DNA from: Nioella aestuarii
GTDB taxonomy: Bacteria; Pseudomonadota; Alphaproteobacteria; Rhodobacterales; Rhodobacteraceae
Assembly: GCF_050896395.1 (NCBI RefSeq)
Contig: NZ_JBPBBA010000015.1
Location: 10,104-74,103, forward strand
Reading direction: 5' to 3'
Length of the DNA stretch: 64,000 bases
Positions 36,910-47,960 of this stretch are shown in pieces. The notes under the pieces were generated by a model. The model was not told where the DNA came from, ran no database searches, and worked only from the letters and a program-made list of their open reading frames with translations. Position 1 is the first letter of the stretch; each line of letters starts with the position of its first letter. A program made the position numbers and the translations under genes.

Positions 36910-38589
36910 TCAGTTGTCGCCGCCCTTGAGAGCTGCGCCAAGGATATCGCCGAGCGATGCGCCGGAATCGGAGGAACCGTACTGTTCCACGGCTTCTTTT
37001 TCTTCCGCGATTTCGCGGGCCTTGATCGACAGACCCAGACGGCGCGACCGGCCATCCACGTTCGTGACGCGAACGTCCAGCTTGTCGCCAACCTGGAAGC
37101 GCTCGGGGCGCTGTTCGGCACGGTCACGGGACAGATCGGAGCGGCGGATGAAGGATTTCATGCCTTCGTAATCCACTTCGATGCCGCCATCTTCGATCGC
37201 GGTCACTTCCACAGTGATGATCGAGCCACGCTTCACACCATCGACGGCATCGGCGAAGGGATCACCTTCAACGGCCTTGATGGACAGCGAGATGCGTTCC
37301 TTGTCGGTGTCGACTTCGGAAACAACTGCCTGAACGACGTCGCCCTTGCGGTAGTTGCCGATCACGTCTTCGCCACGGCCTTCCCAGGTCAGGTCGGAGA
37401 GGTGAACCATGCCGTCGATGTCGTTGTCGAGGCCAACGAACAGACCGAATTCGGTGATGTTCTTGACTTCGCCTTCGACAACGGTGCCGACCGGGTACTG
37501 CTCTTCGAACACTTCCCACGGGTTGCGCATGGTCTGCTTGAGACCGAGCGAAACACGGCGCTTGGCGGTGTCGATCTCCAGCACCATGACTTCGACTTCC
37601 TGAGAGGTCGAAACGATCTTGCCGGGGTGAACGTTCTTCTTGGTCCAGGACATTTCGGACACGTGAACCAGGCCTTCGACGCCGGGCTCCAGCTCTACGA
37701 ACGCACCGTAATCGGTGATGTTGGTGACGCGGCCGGTGTGGGTCGAGTCCAGCGGGTACTTGCCTTCGACCAGGTTCCACGGATCTTCCTGCAGCTGCTT
37801 CATGCCCAGGCTGATACGGTGGGTGTCCTTGTTGACCTTGATGACCTGCACCTTGACGGTTTCGCCAATGGACAGAACCTCTTTGGGGTCGTTCACGCGG
37901 CGCCATGCCATGTCGGTGACGTGCAGCAGGCCGTCAACGCCACCCAGATCGACGAACGCGCCGTATTCGGTGATGTTCTTGACGACACCGTCAACCACGT
38001 CGCCTTCAGACAGCTTGCCGATGACCTCGGCGCGCTGTTCGGCGCGGGACTCTTCAAGGATCGCACGGCGCGACACAACGATGTTGCCACGGCGACGGTC
38101 CATTTTCAGGATCTGGAACGGCTGCTTGAGGTTCATCAGCGGGCCAGCGTCGCGCACGGGGCGCACGTCAACCTGCGAACCGGGCAGGAAGGCAACAGCG
38201 CCGCCGAGGTCGACAGTGAAGCCACCCTTGACGCGGCCGAAGATGGCGCCTTCGACGCGCTCTTCGTCTGCATATGCTTTTTCCAGACGATCCCAGGCGG
38301 CCTCGCGGCGGGCCATTTCGCGGCTGATGACAGCTTCGCCACGGGCGTTTTCGACCGTGCGCAGGAAGACCTCGACCTCATCGCCGACAGCGATTTCAGG
38401 GGCTTCACCGGGATTTGCGAATTCTTTCAGATCAACGCGGCCTTCCATTTTGTAGCCGACGTCGATGATGGCCTGGCCCGCTTCAATCGCGATCACCTTG
38501 CCTTTAACAACAGCCCCTTCTTCGGGCGTGTCGATTTCGAAGCTTTCGTTAAGGAGGGCTTCGAATTCCTCCATGGTTGCGTTAGCCAT
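36910..38589 (-). CDS. rpsA: 30S ribosomal protein S1
   Basis: A 559-aa ORF with six S1 repeats (..GxVxxIxxFGAFV..). The plus-strand ORF 36775..38682 is its antisense shadow. Confidence 0.9.
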   Translation of the reverse strand: MANATMEEFEALLNESFEIDTPEEGAVVKGKVIAIEAGQAIIDVGYKMEGRVDLKEFANPGEAPEIAVGDEVEVFLRTVENARGEAVISREMARREAAWDRLEKAYADEERVEGAIFGRVKGGFTVDLGGAVAFLPGSQVDVRPVRDAGPLMNLKQPFQILKMDRRRGNIVVSRRAILEESRAEQRAEVIGKLSEGDVVDGVVKNITEYGAFVDLGGVDGLLHVTDMAWRRVNDPKEVLSIGETVKVQVIKVNKDTHRISLGMKQLQEDPWNLVEGKYPLDSTHTGRVTNITDYGAFVELEPGVEGLVHVSEMSWTKKNVHPGKIVSTSQEVEVMVLEIDTAKRRVSLGLKQTMRNPWEVFEEQYPVGTVVEGEVKNITEFGLFVGLDNDIDGMVHLSDLTWEGRGEDVIGNYRKGDVVQAVVSEVDTDKERISLSIKAVEGDPFADAVDGVKRGSIITVEVTAIEDGGIEVDYEGMKSFIRRSDLSRDRAEQRPERFQVGDKLDVRVTNVDGRSRRLGLSIKAREIAEEKEAVEQYGSSDSGASLGDILGAALKGGDN

Positions 38590-38803
38590 GTGGCGTCATT
38601 TTCCTTTAGTGGTGTTACTGGCCGTGCGGTTGTCTCCGCCGGTCTTTGGGTTGGTCTTTACGGTCATTTCTCAAACGAATGAGGGCCGGGGAATGACCCG
38701 ACCCTGCCCGTATGAGACGTTGACCGCCTGCTTGACGGGCGCTCTATAGCCACTGGCGGGGGAAAGAGCAAGCCTGCAACGCCTGCAAATCAAGGCTTGG
38801 AGT

Positions 38804-39793
38804 TCAGCAGAAGCGCTCGGGCCCGACCCACTGCTCCTCTGAATAGCGGTCGCCATGCGCCCACCCGGCGGGCAGAACGGCTTCAATCGCCGCAAGATCA
38901 CTTTCTGACAGGGTCATGTTGGCCCCCTCGATATGCTGGCGGAAATGATCCAGCGACCTTGTGCCGGGAATGGGCAGCACGTGATCCCCCTGCGCCAGCG
39001 TCCAGGCGACGGCCAACGCGGCGGCACTGGTGCCCATCTCGGCGGCCAGTGCGCGGAACGCATCGGTTGCGGAGATATTGGCAGGGTAGGTTTCCGCGCT
39101 GAAGCGCGGGTTAGAAGCGAGGAAGGGCAGGTCCTGCACCACTTCCCAGCTAAGCGGCCTGTCCGTGAGGAAAGAGCGCCCCACGGGCGAGAAGGCCACG
39201 AATGTCGCCCCGATCCGCGCGCAGCCCTGGATGAGCCCCAGTTCCGGCGACCGGGTGGACAGAGAATATTCCGACTGAACCGCCGCAATCGGGTGCACCG
39301 CATGGGCGCGGGCCAGCGTTGTCGGCGAGATTTCGGACAGGCCAATGGATTTGGTTTTGCCTTTTTTGACCAGTGATGCCAGCGCCTCAGCGCTTTCCTC
39401 GATAGGGAGGGATTTATCCCGGCGATGCGCGTAGAAGAGGTCCACCGCCTCAACCCCGAGCCGCTTCAGGCTGGCATCCAGTTCTGCCTCCAGATGCTCC
39501 AGATCGTTTCGGAAGATGCGGTTGCCATCCCCGTCCCGCGTTATCGCGGCCTTGGTGGCGATGGTGAAATGGTCGCGCGCCTCTGGCCGCGCACGCAGGT
39601 AGTCACCGATCACCCGCTCCGACCGCCCCATGCCATAGACATTGGCGGTATCCAGATGTGTCACCCCGGCGGCCATCGCCTCATCAAGAATGGCGAAAGA
39701 GTTTTCGTCCGTTGTGGCCCCGTAGAAATCGGAAAATGACATCGCTCCGTAGCCGAGGCAGGAGACTATGGGGCCGGATTGGCCAAGCTTCAT
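38804..39793 (-). CDS. Aldo/keto reductase
   Basis: The probable start is MKLGQSGPIVSCLGYGAMSF at 39793. Contains AKR family motifs. Confidence 0.8.
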   Translation of the reverse strand: MKLGQSGPIVSCLGYGAMSFSDFYGATTDENSFAILDEAMAAGVTHLDTANVYGMGRSERVIGDYLRARPEARDHFTIATKAAITRDGDGNRIFRNDLEHLEAELDASLKRLGVEAVDLFYAHRRDKSLPIEESAEALASLVKKGKTKSIGLSEISPTTLARAHAVHPIAAVQSEYSLSTRSPELGLIQGCARIGATFVAFSPVGRSFLTDRPLSWEVVQDLPFLASNPRFSAETYPANISATDAFRALAAEMGTSAAALAVAWTLAQGDHVLPIPGTRSLDHFRQHIEGANMTLSESDLAAIEAVLPAGWAHGDRYSEEQWVGPERFC

Positions 39794-39801
39794 CCGTCGC
39801 A

Positions 39802-40410
39802 TCAAGGCATCCTTTGGGAAATGGCTGTTATCGCTGCTACGAATGCTTGCTCAATCGTCATGTCCGACGTGTCGATCATCACGGCATCCTCCGCAGGTTT
39901 CAGCGGGGCGGTGGCCCGGGCGCTGTCGCGCGCATCGCGTTCGCGCAGTTCCGCCAACACCTCGTCAAAGCCGATCTCACGACCGTTCGCCACCAGTTCC
40001 TTGTGCCGCCTGGCCGCGCGGGTTTCGTCGGATGCTGTGACGTAAAGCTTCGCTTCCGCATCGGGGCAAATCACCGTGCCAATGTCGCGCCCATCCAGAA
40101 CGGCGCCACCCATGCGCCGGGAAAAGGCGCGCTGAAAGTCGAGCAGCGCCGCGCGCACCTCTGGGATCACCGCAACCTTGCTGGCCGCCTGAGCCGCCTC
40201 AGCCCCGCGCAGGTCGGGATGATCGAGGTCTTCGGCGCGCAAGGCCTCAGCCGCTGTGACCGGATCTTCTCCATCCAGCATCCGCTGGCCCACGGCGCGA
40301 TACAGCAGCCCCGTATCCAGATAGGCAAAGCCAAAATGATCCGCCACTGCCCGCGCGATGGTGCCCTTGCCCGCCGCTGCGGGCCCGTCGATTGCAACTG
40401 TAAAAGCCAT
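39802..40410 (-). CDS. cmk: Cytidylate kinase
   Basis: The start is [17 protein letters not shown] (P-loop) at 40410; the track ORF extends further upstream to 40446. The stop is adjacent to the AKR start. Confidence 0.85.
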   Translation of the reverse strand: MAFTVAIDGPAAAGKGTIARAVADHFGFAYLDTGLLYRAVGQRMLDGEDPVTAAEALRAEDLDHPDLRGAEAAQAASKVAVIPEVRAALLDFQRAFSRRMGGAVLDGRDIGTVICPDAEAKLYVTASDETRAARRHKELVANGREIGFDEVLAELRERDARDSARATAPLKPAEDAVMIDTSDMTIEQAFVAAITAISQRMP

Positions 40411-40452
40411 GGGCACAGGGCTAGCCCCGCCCGCGCCTCGGTGCAAGCCCGA

Positions 40453-40857
40453 TCAGTCCACGACCATGGTCGTCAACACCGGGTCATAGCCCTCGGCCTG
40501 CGGCACACCCTCGGGGATATCGTAGTAATCGCCCTTGTCAGCGCAGAAGATATGGCCAGCGATCGTCAATCCGGATGCCCCATCGAGACTGCCCGCGAAG
40601 ATTGAAAGATTCTCTCCCGTTCCGTCCCAGAACAGGTTTGACCCGCAAATACCACAGAACCCACGCCGGGCTGTGTCCGAGGATTGGAACCACGTCACCG
40701 CGCCCTCGACCGTGATGTGGTCGCGATGCGTAGATGTTGCGGCAACGTGGTGGCCCGAAGTCTTGCGGCACTGGCTGCAATGGCAGGCGATCACGGGTCT
40801 GAGCGGCCCGGTGATTGTGAAGCGGACAGCGCCGCAAAGACAGGATCCATTGGTCAT
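40453..40857 (-). CDS. GFA-family (glutathione-dependent formaldehyde-activating / CENP-V-like) zinc protein, paralogue A
   Basis: The start is MTNGSCLCGAVRF at 40857; the track ORF extends further upstream to 40896. It has the Cys-ligand pattern CxC...CHC..C...C.C. Confidence 0.7.
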   Translation of the reverse strand: MTNGSCLCGAVRFTITGPLRPVIACHCSQCRKTSGHHVAATSTHRDHITVEGAVTWFQSSDTARRGFCGICGSNLFWDGTGENLSIFAGSLDGASGLTIAGHIFCADKGDYYDIPEGVPQAEGYDPVLTTMVVD

Positions 40858-41258
40858 GCGTCGATCTCCTCTCCGGTTTCCCAGCCCACGTAGCAAGGCG
40901 CGCCATCCTCGCAGCGGTAATAGTCGCCCTTGTCGGCGTAGAAAATATGCCGCTTCAGACTAAGCCCGGTTGGTGCATCCATCGACCCCGCCGAAACAAA
41001 GACGATACCGTCGTACTGCTCCCAGAACAGATAGCTGCCACAGGTGCTGCAAAAGCCCCGCCGTGCCTTGCCGGGAGTGGAGTCATACCAGCGGGGCGAG
41101 CCTTCGATGGTGATTGCGTTCCAGGCGACGGGCGCGGCTGCGCTGAAATGGCCGGTCACTTTGCGGCACTGGTTGCAATGGCATCCAGAAACACCCTCGG
41201 GGATCTCCCCCCGAATCTGATAGCTGATCTCTCCACACAGGCAGCTTCCCGTGATCAT
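40854..41258 (-). CDS. GFA-family zinc protein, paralogue B
   Basis: The start is MITGSCLCGEISY at 41258; the track ORF extends further upstream to 41318. It has the same Cys pattern (CHCNQCRK, CSTCGS) and overlaps paralogue A by 4 nt. Confidence 0.7.
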   Translation of the reverse strand: MITGSCLCGEISYQIRGEIPEGVSGCHCNQCRKVTGHFSAAAPVAWNAITIEGSPRWYDSTPGKARRGFCSTCGSYLFWEQYDGIVFVSAGSMDAPTGLSLKRHIFYADKGDYYRCEDGAPCYVGWETGEEIDA

Positions 41259-41334
41259 CGTGCCATCCTTTGTCGTGACCTCGGGCCAAAGACAGCACGG
41301 GCAGATCAACGATGTCACGCTGGAAAGCGACCTG

Positions 41335-42687
41335 TTAAAGGCCAGTCCGCTCCAGCGAGGCCCCGAGCGACGCCATCAGTGGCTCAAAAATCGGGAAGCT
41401 GGTGACGATCGGGCTGGCATCATCAACCCGCACCGGGTTTTGCGTGGACATACCGAGGCAGAGGAAGGACATGGCAATGCGGTGGTCGAGATGGCTTTCG
41501 GTCAGGCCGCCCCCGGGTACGTTCCCCGCTCCCTTGCCGGTGACGATCCACCAATCGGGACCATCTTCGACCTCCACACCATTTGCACGCAGCCCAGTGG
41601 CCATCGCGTCGATCCGGTCGCTTTCCTTCACCCGCAATTCCTTGACGCCACGCATGACGGTCTGGCCGGTCGCATTGGCCGCGACGACCGAGAGAATCGG
41701 GTATTCGTCGATCATTGATGCGGCGCGGGCAGGCGGAACCTCTATACCCTGCATATTCGGGGAATATTTCGCACGCAGATCGGCGACCGGCTCTCCCCCC
41801 TCTTCGCGCTTATTCTCGAAGGTTAGGTCCGCGCCCATCTCCTGTAGAGTGTAGAACAGACCTGCACGGGTGGGGTTGAGTCCGATATTTGGGACCAGGA
41901 CGTCAGATCCCGGCACGATAAGCGCCGCACAGACCGGGAAGGCCGCCGAGGACGGATCGCGTGGGACGGTGATGGTCTGCGGCTTCAGCTCCGGCTGGCC
42001 AGTCAGGGTGATGACCCGGCCTTCGCTTGTGTCTTCCACCGAGATCTCAGCGCCAAAACCCGCAAGCATCCGCTCGGTATGGTCGCGGGTCGCTTCTTTC
42101 TCGATCACCACGGTCTGTCCGGGGGCATTGAGCCCTGCCAGCAGCACCGCGGATTTCACCTGTGCGCTCGGCACTGGCACCGTGTAGCGCACCGGAACCG
42201 GCTCTGCCGCGCCCACAAGCGTCATCGGCAGCCGCCCGCCCTCGCGGCCCACAGACTGACACCCGAACAGCGCCAGCGGGTCCGTGACCCGCGCCATGGG
42301 GCGCTTGTTGAGGCTTGCATCGCCAGTGAAGGTCACAGTGATTGGACAGGTTGCCATCGACCCCATGATCAACCGCACGCCGGTTCCGGAATTGCCGCAG
42401 TCGATTACGTTGTCAGGTTCTGCAAAGCCTCCGACACCCACCCCGTGCACGCGCCATTCGCCATCGCCCAGGCGTTCGACATCCGCACCGAAGGCCTCCA
42501 TCGCCTTGGCTGTGTCGAGCACGTCTTGCCCCTCTAGCAGGCCAGTGATGCGAGTTTCGCCCACGGCCATGGCACCAAGGATCAGGCCGCGGTGTGAGAT
42601 CGACTTGTCGCCGGGCACATCGGCGGTGCCTGTCAGCGGCCCCGAAGGGTGCGAGGTCATGGGAACGGGGCTGCCGTGGCCGGACAT
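41335..42687 (-). CDS. aroA: 3-phosphoshikimate 1-carboxyvinyltransferase (EPSP synthase)
   Basis: A 450-aa ORF with EPSPS family motifs (LGNSGT-like [13 protein letters not shown]). AGGAGA lies upstream of the ATG. Confidence 0.9.
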   Translation of the reverse strand: MSGHGSPVPMTSHPSGPLTGTADVPGDKSISHRGLILGAMAVGETRITGLLEGQDVLDTAKAMEAFGADVERLGDGEWRVHGVGVGGFAEPDNVIDCGNSGTGVRLIMGSMATCPITVTFTGDASLNKRPMARVTDPLALFGCQSVGREGGRLPMTLVGAAEPVPVRYTVPVPSAQVKSAVLLAGLNAPGQTVVIEKEATRDHTERMLAGFGAEISVEDTSEGRVITLTGQPELKPQTITVPRDPSSAAFPVCAALIVPGSDVLVPNIGLNPTRAGLFYTLQEMGADLTFENKREEGGEPVADLRAKYSPNMQGIEVPPARAASMIDEYPILSVVAANATGQTVMRGVKELRVKESDRIDAMATGLRANGVEVEDGPDWWIVTGKGAGNVPGGGLTESHLDHRIAMSFLCLGMSTQNPVRVDDASPIVTSFPIFEPLMASLGASLERTGL

Positions 42688-42925
42688 GGGCGCGTCTCCT
42701 GCAAAGGGTTCGGGCCGGGTGATAGCGCCTGACAGGTGGGGCGTCCACTCCCCTCTTTACCCGTCTGCAAACATGTTGGAACCAGACGCTTTCACCGCCT
42801 TCGGCATGGATCCGGGCGCAAGTGAACGCACACCCCATTTTCGGGGGCATTCATCCACCTGCTGGGGTTCTGTCCCGCCGCCTCGCGCCCGCCCCAAGTA
42901 TTGGCCCCAAGGGCGACATCGGGCC

Positions 42926-43639
42926 TCAGCGTCTGCGGAACGTCAGATAGTGGGGTGTGCGCCCTTCACGTAGCGCCTTCATCTCATACCGGGTCGAGAT
43001 CCAGTCTTGCCAAGGATCACGCCAATCCTCTGGCCCTTCCGCCAGCCATTCGAACCCGTGGCGCGGCACCTCTTCCAGAGTTTGGCGCACGTAGTCGGGA
43101 ATATCGGTTGCGACCCGGAAAATCGCACCGGGCTTCAGCACATGGGCCAAGGGCTCCAGATGCTCAGGCGTCACGAAGCGGCGGCGATGGTGGCGTTTTT
43201 TCGGCCAGGGATCGGGGTAGAGCAGGAACGCGCGTGAAATGCTCGCCTCGGGCAGCACGTCGAACATATCGCGCGCATCGCCGGGATGGACCCGAAGGTT
43301 GTGGACGCCCGCCGCGCGGATCTTGCCAAGCAGCATGGCGACGCCATTGATATAAGGCTCGCATCCGATGATACCGACATCGGGGTTCTGCGTGGCTTGA
43401 TGCACCATATGTTCGCCACCGCCAAAGCCCACCTCCAGCCAGACATCGCGCCCGCCAAAAAGCGTATCGAGGTCAAGCGGCACCCGCTCTGGGTTAGATT
43501 CCCAATCGACCGCACCAGGAGACAGGGCCGCAAGATCCTCATCCAGATAGGTTTCCTGGCTGTCGCGCAGGGTCTTTCCCTTGCGACGGCCATAGAAGTT
43601 GCGCCACGGGGCCTTGGGGTGCTTGGTGTTGTCGCTCAC
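42926..43639 (-). CDS. trmB: tRNA (guanine-N7)-methyltransferase
   Basis: A 237-aa ORF with the TrmB SAM-binding region (WLEVGFGGGEH). Confidence 0.85.
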   Translation of the reverse strand: MSDNTKHPKAPWRNFYGRRKGKTLRDSQETYLDEDLAALSPGAVDWESNPERVPLDLDTLFGGRDVWLEVGFGGGEHMVHQATQNPDVGIIGCEPYINGVAMLLGKIRAAGVHNLRVHPGDARDMFDVLPEASISRAFLLYPDPWPKKRHHRRRFVTPEHLEPLAHVLKPGAIFRVATDIPDYVRQTLEEVPRHGFEWLAEGPEDWRDPWQDWISTRYEMKALREGRTPHYLTFRRR

Positions 43640-43695
43640 GCTGGTGCCTCGATTGCCGGATCAGCCGCGGGACATAGCGGCAAAGCGCCGGCGGC

Positions 43696-44166
43696 TCAAC
43701 CGCCCCGTGCGCGGCGTTCGCGCGCCTCGATGCCGCTGAAGGCCGACCAGATGAAAAGCCGAAAAATCGGCACCTGAAAGAACAACGCAACGGCGATCAG
43801 CACGCCGATCATCTGAACCTGCTCCTGGGGCAGAATGCCAGGGATCCGCCAGCCGATCACAAAGAGTGCAACAGCAACGACGATATGCACAAGCATCGCC
43901 AGCGCCGCCCATGTGAAGCTGAATTTCCAGGCCTCTCCGCCGGTTGAGCGCTGCCCCTCGGCATCGCGATAGCTTTGGGCGAACCACTGGAACGGCACGA
44001 TCATCGCGCCAATGGCACCACCTATTACGGCTCCGCGCAGGATCGAACCGCTGAGATCCAGGCCTACCACAGTGATCAGAAGGTATAGAATGATCGCGAC
44101 CGAGGCGGCGAAAACAGCATAATGCTTGATGAAATTGCGCGTGTAGGGCGGCTTGGTGGCGGACAT
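43696..44166 (-). CDS. Hypothetical integral membrane protein
   Basis: The likely start is MSATKPPYTRNF at 44166; the track ORF extends further upstream to 44286. About 4 TM segments. Confidence 0.45.
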   Translation of the reverse strand: MSATKPPYTRNFIKHYAVFAASVAIILYLLITVVGLDLSGSILRGAVIGGAIGAMIVPFQWFAQSYRDAEGQRSTGGEAWKFSFTWAALAMLVHIVVAVALFVIGWRIPGILPQEQVQMIGVLIAVALFFQVPIFRLFIWSAFSGIEARERRARGG

Positions 44167-44182
44167 CTGGTGTCTCCGAATA

Positions 44183-44212
44183 GAAAAACGGCGCCCCGCA
44201 TCAGGACGCCGC
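44183..44212 (-). terminator. Probable terminator after metK
   Basis: A GC hairpin (GGCGTCCTGATGCGGGGCGCC) followed by GTTTTTCT on the minus strand. Confidence 0.5.
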
Positions 44213-44240
44213 AGTTCTTTAGCACAGGTTGCGCTGCCTG

Positions 44241-45422
44241 TTAAACGGCGGCTTTCAGGGCCTCGACCAGATTTGTCGCCTCCCATGAGAACCCGCCATC
44301 AGCTTCTGGTGCCCGGCCGAAGTGACCATAGGCCGCCGTGCGCTGGAAGATGGGCTTGTTCAGCCCAAGGTGGGTGCGGATGCCACGCGGGGTCAGGTCC
44401 ATGCACTGGGCAACGGCCTTCTCGATCGCTGCTTCATGCACCTGACCCGTGCCATGGGTGTCGACATAGATCGACAGAGGCTTGGCCACGCCAATGGCGT
44501 AGGACAGTTGCAGCGTGCAACGGTCGGCCAGACCTGCGGCCACAACGTTCTTGGCAAGGTAACGCGCGGCATAGGCAGCCGAGCGGTCCACCTTGGTCGG
44601 GTCCTTGCCGGAAAACGCGCCGCCGCCATGGGGCGCAGCGCCACCATAGGTGTCGACGATGATCTTGCGGCCCGTCAGGCCCGCGTCCCCATCGGGGCCG
44701 CCAATGACAAACTTACCGGTCGGGTTCACGTGCCATTCGGTAGCAGCGGTCAACCAGCCATCGGGAAGGGTTTCGCGGATATAGGGCTCTACGATTGCGC
44801 GCACATCGTCCGAGCTCAGCGTCTCATCCAGATGCTGCGTTGACAGCACAACCGAGGTGACTTCAACCGGCTTGCCGTTTTCATAACGAACGGAAAGCTG
44901 CGACTTGGCATCGGGACCAAGCGCGGGTTCCTGACCCGATTTGCGAACTTCCGCCAGACGGCGCAGGATCGCGTGGGAATACTGGATAGGTGCGGGCATC
45001 AGCGCGGGCGTCTCATTGGTGGCGAACCCGAACATGATGCCCTGATCGCCCGCACCTTCGTCCTTGTTCTCCGCCGCGTTTACCCCCTGAGCGATATGCG
45101 CGGATTGTTCGTGGAGCAGGTTGGTGATTTCCACCGTCTGCCAGTGGAACTTGTCCTGCTCGTAGCCGATGTCGCGGATGCAATCGCGCGCGATTTCGTC
45201 GATCCGGCCCATATACTCGGTCAGCTTGGCCTGATCGCTCAGCCCCACTTCACCACCGATGACGACCCGGTTGGTGGTTGCGAAGGTTTCACAGGCAACG
45301 CGGGCCTCGGGTTCTTCGGCAAGGAAGGCATCCAGAACCGCATCAGAGATACGATCACAGACCTTGTCCGGGTGCCCTTCTGACACGGATTCAGAAGTGA
45401 AAATGTAGTTATTGCGCGACAT
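44241..45422 (-). CDS. metK: S-adenosylmethionine synthetase
   Basis: The start is [23 protein letters not shown] at 45422. The track ORF extends upstream to 45692 but that extension looks non-coding (CRRC... composition). Confidence 0.9.
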   Translation of the reverse strand: MSRNNYIFTSESVSEGHPDKVCDRISDAVLDAFLAEEPEARVACETFATTNRVVIGGEVGLSDQAKLTEYMGRIDEIARDCIRDIGYEQDKFHWQTVEITNLLHEQSAHIAQGVNAAENKDEGAGDQGIMFGFATNETPALMPAPIQYSHAILRRLAEVRKSGQEPALGPDAKSQLSVRYENGKPVEVTSVVLSTQHLDETLSSDDVRAIVEPYIRETLPDGWLTAATEWHVNPTGKFVIGGPDGDAGLTGRKIIVDTYGGAAPHGGGAFSGKDPTKVDRSAAYAARYLAKNVVAAGLADRCTLQLSYAIGVAKPLSIYVDTHGTGQVHEAAIEKAVAQCMDLTPRGIRTHLGLNKPIFQRTAAYGHFGRAPEADGGFSWEATNLVEALKAAV

Positions 45423-45513
45423 GGGAAGTGCTCCATTACCTGTTATCGCCGCCACGCCAGGAAGCCGTTGTGGGGCGGTTAGACCTGCGCCATACGCGCT
45501 TTGGACGGCAGGA

Positions 45514-47031
45514 TCAATGGCGCACGCGTCGATCTGCCAGCGTGACGCAGAGTGACAAGCCAAGTAGCAACACCCAGATGGGCCAATCCCCGGTCCGTGC
45601 ATAGACCGTCGCCGGCAATGGCGGCGGCAACCGCAGATCAAGCGCCCCCTCTTCCCCAAGCGGCAGCGACGACAGCACCTGACCGCGCGCATCTATGACG
45701 GCGGATACGCCCGTGTTGGCCGCACGCAGCAGTGGAAGACCCTGTTCTACGGCACGAAGCTGCGCCAGTTCCAAATGCTGGAACGGGCCCGAGAACTCTC
45801 CAAACCAAGCGTCATTGGTGATTTGCAGCAACCAATCCGGCCGCTCGACCTGCCGAATATAGCTGGGGAAGATCGTCTCGTAGCAGATCATCGGAAAGGC
45901 CCGGCCAAGCTCTCCGAGATCCAGCAATTCCGGCCCCTGCCCCGGCGCATATCCCGGACCAGCGGCCTCGGCCAAACCACGAAGGCCGATGCTGCGGGCC
46001 ATCGCCGTAAGCGGGATGTATTCCCCAAAGGGCACAAGGTGGTGCTTGTCATAGGTTGCGACAAACGCTCCATCCTGATCAAGCAGAAACAGAGAATTGC
46101 GCACGGTGCCGTCTTGCACGCGTTGCCCACCAACAACCACACGGGCCACACCAGCAGCCTGGCCAATTGCCTCTCGCCAGGGTTCAGAGTTTCGCAACAG
46201 CGCAGGTAAAGAAGTTTCCGGCCATATCACCAACTGTGGCGGATCCGCGAGTTGTGGTTCGCTGGCCGTCAATTCCAGTGACCGCCGGAAAAAGACCGGG
46301 ATCATCTCGGGCAGCCATTTAAGATGCTGAGGGGCATTTGGCTGAATCAGACGAATGACCGGTGCGTTTTCGTCTGCCGCCGGGGCCGGTTGGATAAGCG
46401 ATGCAGCCCCGAACACCGCACCCAGAACGGCAACCGGAACCGCCCCTATAACCGGACGCGACCAAACCGCACCCGCAATGCCCGCCGCCAGCAAAAGGGT
46501 CAGCGCGGTCAGTCCATGCGGACCGATCCAGGCAGCCAAACCCATAAGGGGGCTGCCAATCCAGATATGACCGGGATGCGCCCACGGAAAACCGGTGAAG
46601 ATCGAGGCCCGGAGCATTTCAACAAGGACAAGCGCCAAGGCCCATATCAGTGGGCGGAGCAATCCGGGCTGCGTAAGGCGCACAGCCAAGGACGCCGCCA
46701 CCCCCCAGAAAAGCGCCAGACCGGCAGCCATCAAAATCAGGGCGAACGGGGCCATCCATCCATGCCGCCATGGATCGACAAAAAACGGCTCCACGATCCA
46801 GTGCAAGGACAGGGCAAAATATCCCGTCCCCCCCGCAAGGCCGATCCAGAAGGCCCGTTTCAGGCCATCCGGATCAATCAAGAGCAGCGCAAAACCGGCA
46901 AATCCGGCCAAAGCCAAAAGGGGAAGGTCAAACGGGGCCAGTCCAAGGGCCGCGATCACCCCTGCGCCAAAGCTCAGGCAGAGCCGTTGCCGCAGAGTTC
47001 GCGATGTGACCCAAAGAGCAGCCCCCGTCAC
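45514..47031 (-). CDS. lnt: Apolipoprotein N-acyltransferase
   Basis: A 505-aa ORF with N-terminal polytopic TM segments and a C-terminal CN-hydrolase domain. Confidence 0.85.
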   Translation of the reverse strand: MTGAALWVTSRTLRQRLCLSFGAGVIAALGLAPFDLPLLALAGFAGFALLLIDPDGLKRAFWIGLAGGTGYFALSLHWIVEPFFVDPWRHGWMAPFALILMAAGLALFWGVAASLAVRLTQPGLLRPLIWALALVLVEMLRASIFTGFPWAHPGHIWIGSPLMGLAAWIGPHGLTALTLLLAAGIAGAVWSRPVIGAVPVAVLGAVFGAASLIQPAPAADENAPVIRLIQPNAPQHLKWLPEMIPVFFRRSLELTASEPQLADPPQLVIWPETSLPALLRNSEPWREAIGQAAGVARVVVGGQRVQDGTVRNSLFLLDQDGAFVATYDKHHLVPFGEYIPLTAMARSIGLRGLAEAAGPGYAPGQGPELLDLGELGRAFPMICYETIFPSYIRQVERPDWLLQITNDAWFGEFSGPFQHLELAQLRAVEQGLPLLRAANTGVSAVIDARGQVLSSLPLGEEGALDLRLPPPLPATVYARTGDWPIWVLLLGLSLCVTLADRRVRH

Positions 47032-47915
47032 CCGTCGCGGCCTTTGGGCAATCGCACCCGCAACCGCTTGATCCGGCGCGGATCGGCATCGACAATCTCG
47101 ATTTCTGGTCCCGCAGGATGGGGAATGACTTCACCCCGCGCAGGCACCCGACCCGACAACACGAAGACCAATCCGCCGAGCGTATCGATCTCTTCATCGT
47201 CAAGGCCTTCGGTCAGATCAACTCCGACTTCCTCCTCGAACTCGTCAAGCGGCGCCTTGGCCCGCGCCAGCCAGCAGCCCGGAGCTTCTTCAAGCCAGAG
47301 CTTGTCTTCCTCGACATCGTGCTCATCCTCGATTTCGCCGATGACCTGCTCGATCAGATCTTCAAGCGTCACCAATCCGTCCACGCCACCATATTCATCT
47401 ATCACAAGAGCCATATGGATCCGCTCGGTCTGCATCTTTTGCAGCATCACCCCGATCGGCATCGAAGGCGGCGCGAACAAAAGCGGGCGTAGCATTGGGC
47501 GCAGGTCGATGGCTTTTCCACCACCGTTGAAACCGTAAATCAGCGCCAGATCCTTTAGATGCACGAGGCCAATCGGTGTATCCAGCGTCCCTTCATATAC
47601 CGGCAAGCGGGTGTACCCGCTCTCGCGGAAGACCTTCACCAGATCCTCCAGGGCGATATCGACCGCCACACCAGTAATCTCGGCGCGTGGCACAGCCACG
47701 TCATCCAGGCGCATACGCCGCAGGTTGTAGATCGAGATCGCCGCATGCGCTGCCGACCCGGCGGGAGGCGTCGGGTGAGCATTCGATTCAGATGGTTCGG
47801 AGGGCTGAGCGTTGCCAAAGAGCCGGGCCAAAAGGCCAGGTTTCTGGTCTGAACTTTCGTCCGCCTCCTGCGCGCCTTGCGCTGCGCTAGAGGAAGACTC
47901 GGGGGAGTCGTTCAT
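47028..47915 (-). CDS. corC: CBS-domain / CorC-HlyC family protein (Mg/Co efflux-associated)
   Basis: CBS pair plus a CorC_HlyC C-terminal domain. Its stop overlaps the lnt start, in the conserved ybeY-corC-lnt context. Confidence 0.8.
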   Translation of the reverse strand: MNDSPESSSSAAQGAQEADESSDQKPGLLARLFGNAQPSEPSESNAHPTPPAGSAAHAAISIYNLRRMRLDDVAVPRAEITGVAVDIALEDLVKVFRESGYTRLPVYEGTLDTPIGLVHLKDLALIYGFNGGGKAIDLRPMLRPLLFAPPSMPIGVMLQKMQTERIHMALVIDEYGGVDGLVTLEDLIEQVIGEIEDEHDVEEDKLWLEEAPGCWLARAKAPLDEFEEEVGVDLTEGLDDEEIDTLGGLVFVLSGRVPARGEVIPHPAGPEIEIVDADPRRIKRLRVRLPKGRDG

Positions 47916-47960
47916 GGATCCTTTCCAAGGACATATGCCGGGCCTGAAAACCCGTTGGCC

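Noticed and set aside
36775-38682. 635-aa plus-strand ORF
   Set aside because: Antisense of rpsA. The translation is low-complexity (D/A/G/V/F-rich).
42688-42925. 240-bp gap between aroA and trmB, checked for a small gene
   Set aside because: All frames are interrupted or overlap aroA out of frame (track ORF 42413..42850 is antisense or out-of-frame). The gap is treated as aroA promoter region.
45423-45692. N-terminal extension of metK (track ORF to 45692)
   Set aside because: The extension translates as Cys/Arg-rich nonsense. MetK family sequence begins at MSRNNYIF (45422).
46324-47538. 404-aa plus-strand ORF
   Set aside because: Antisense of lnt and corC. Extremely Arg/Pro/Ser-rich.
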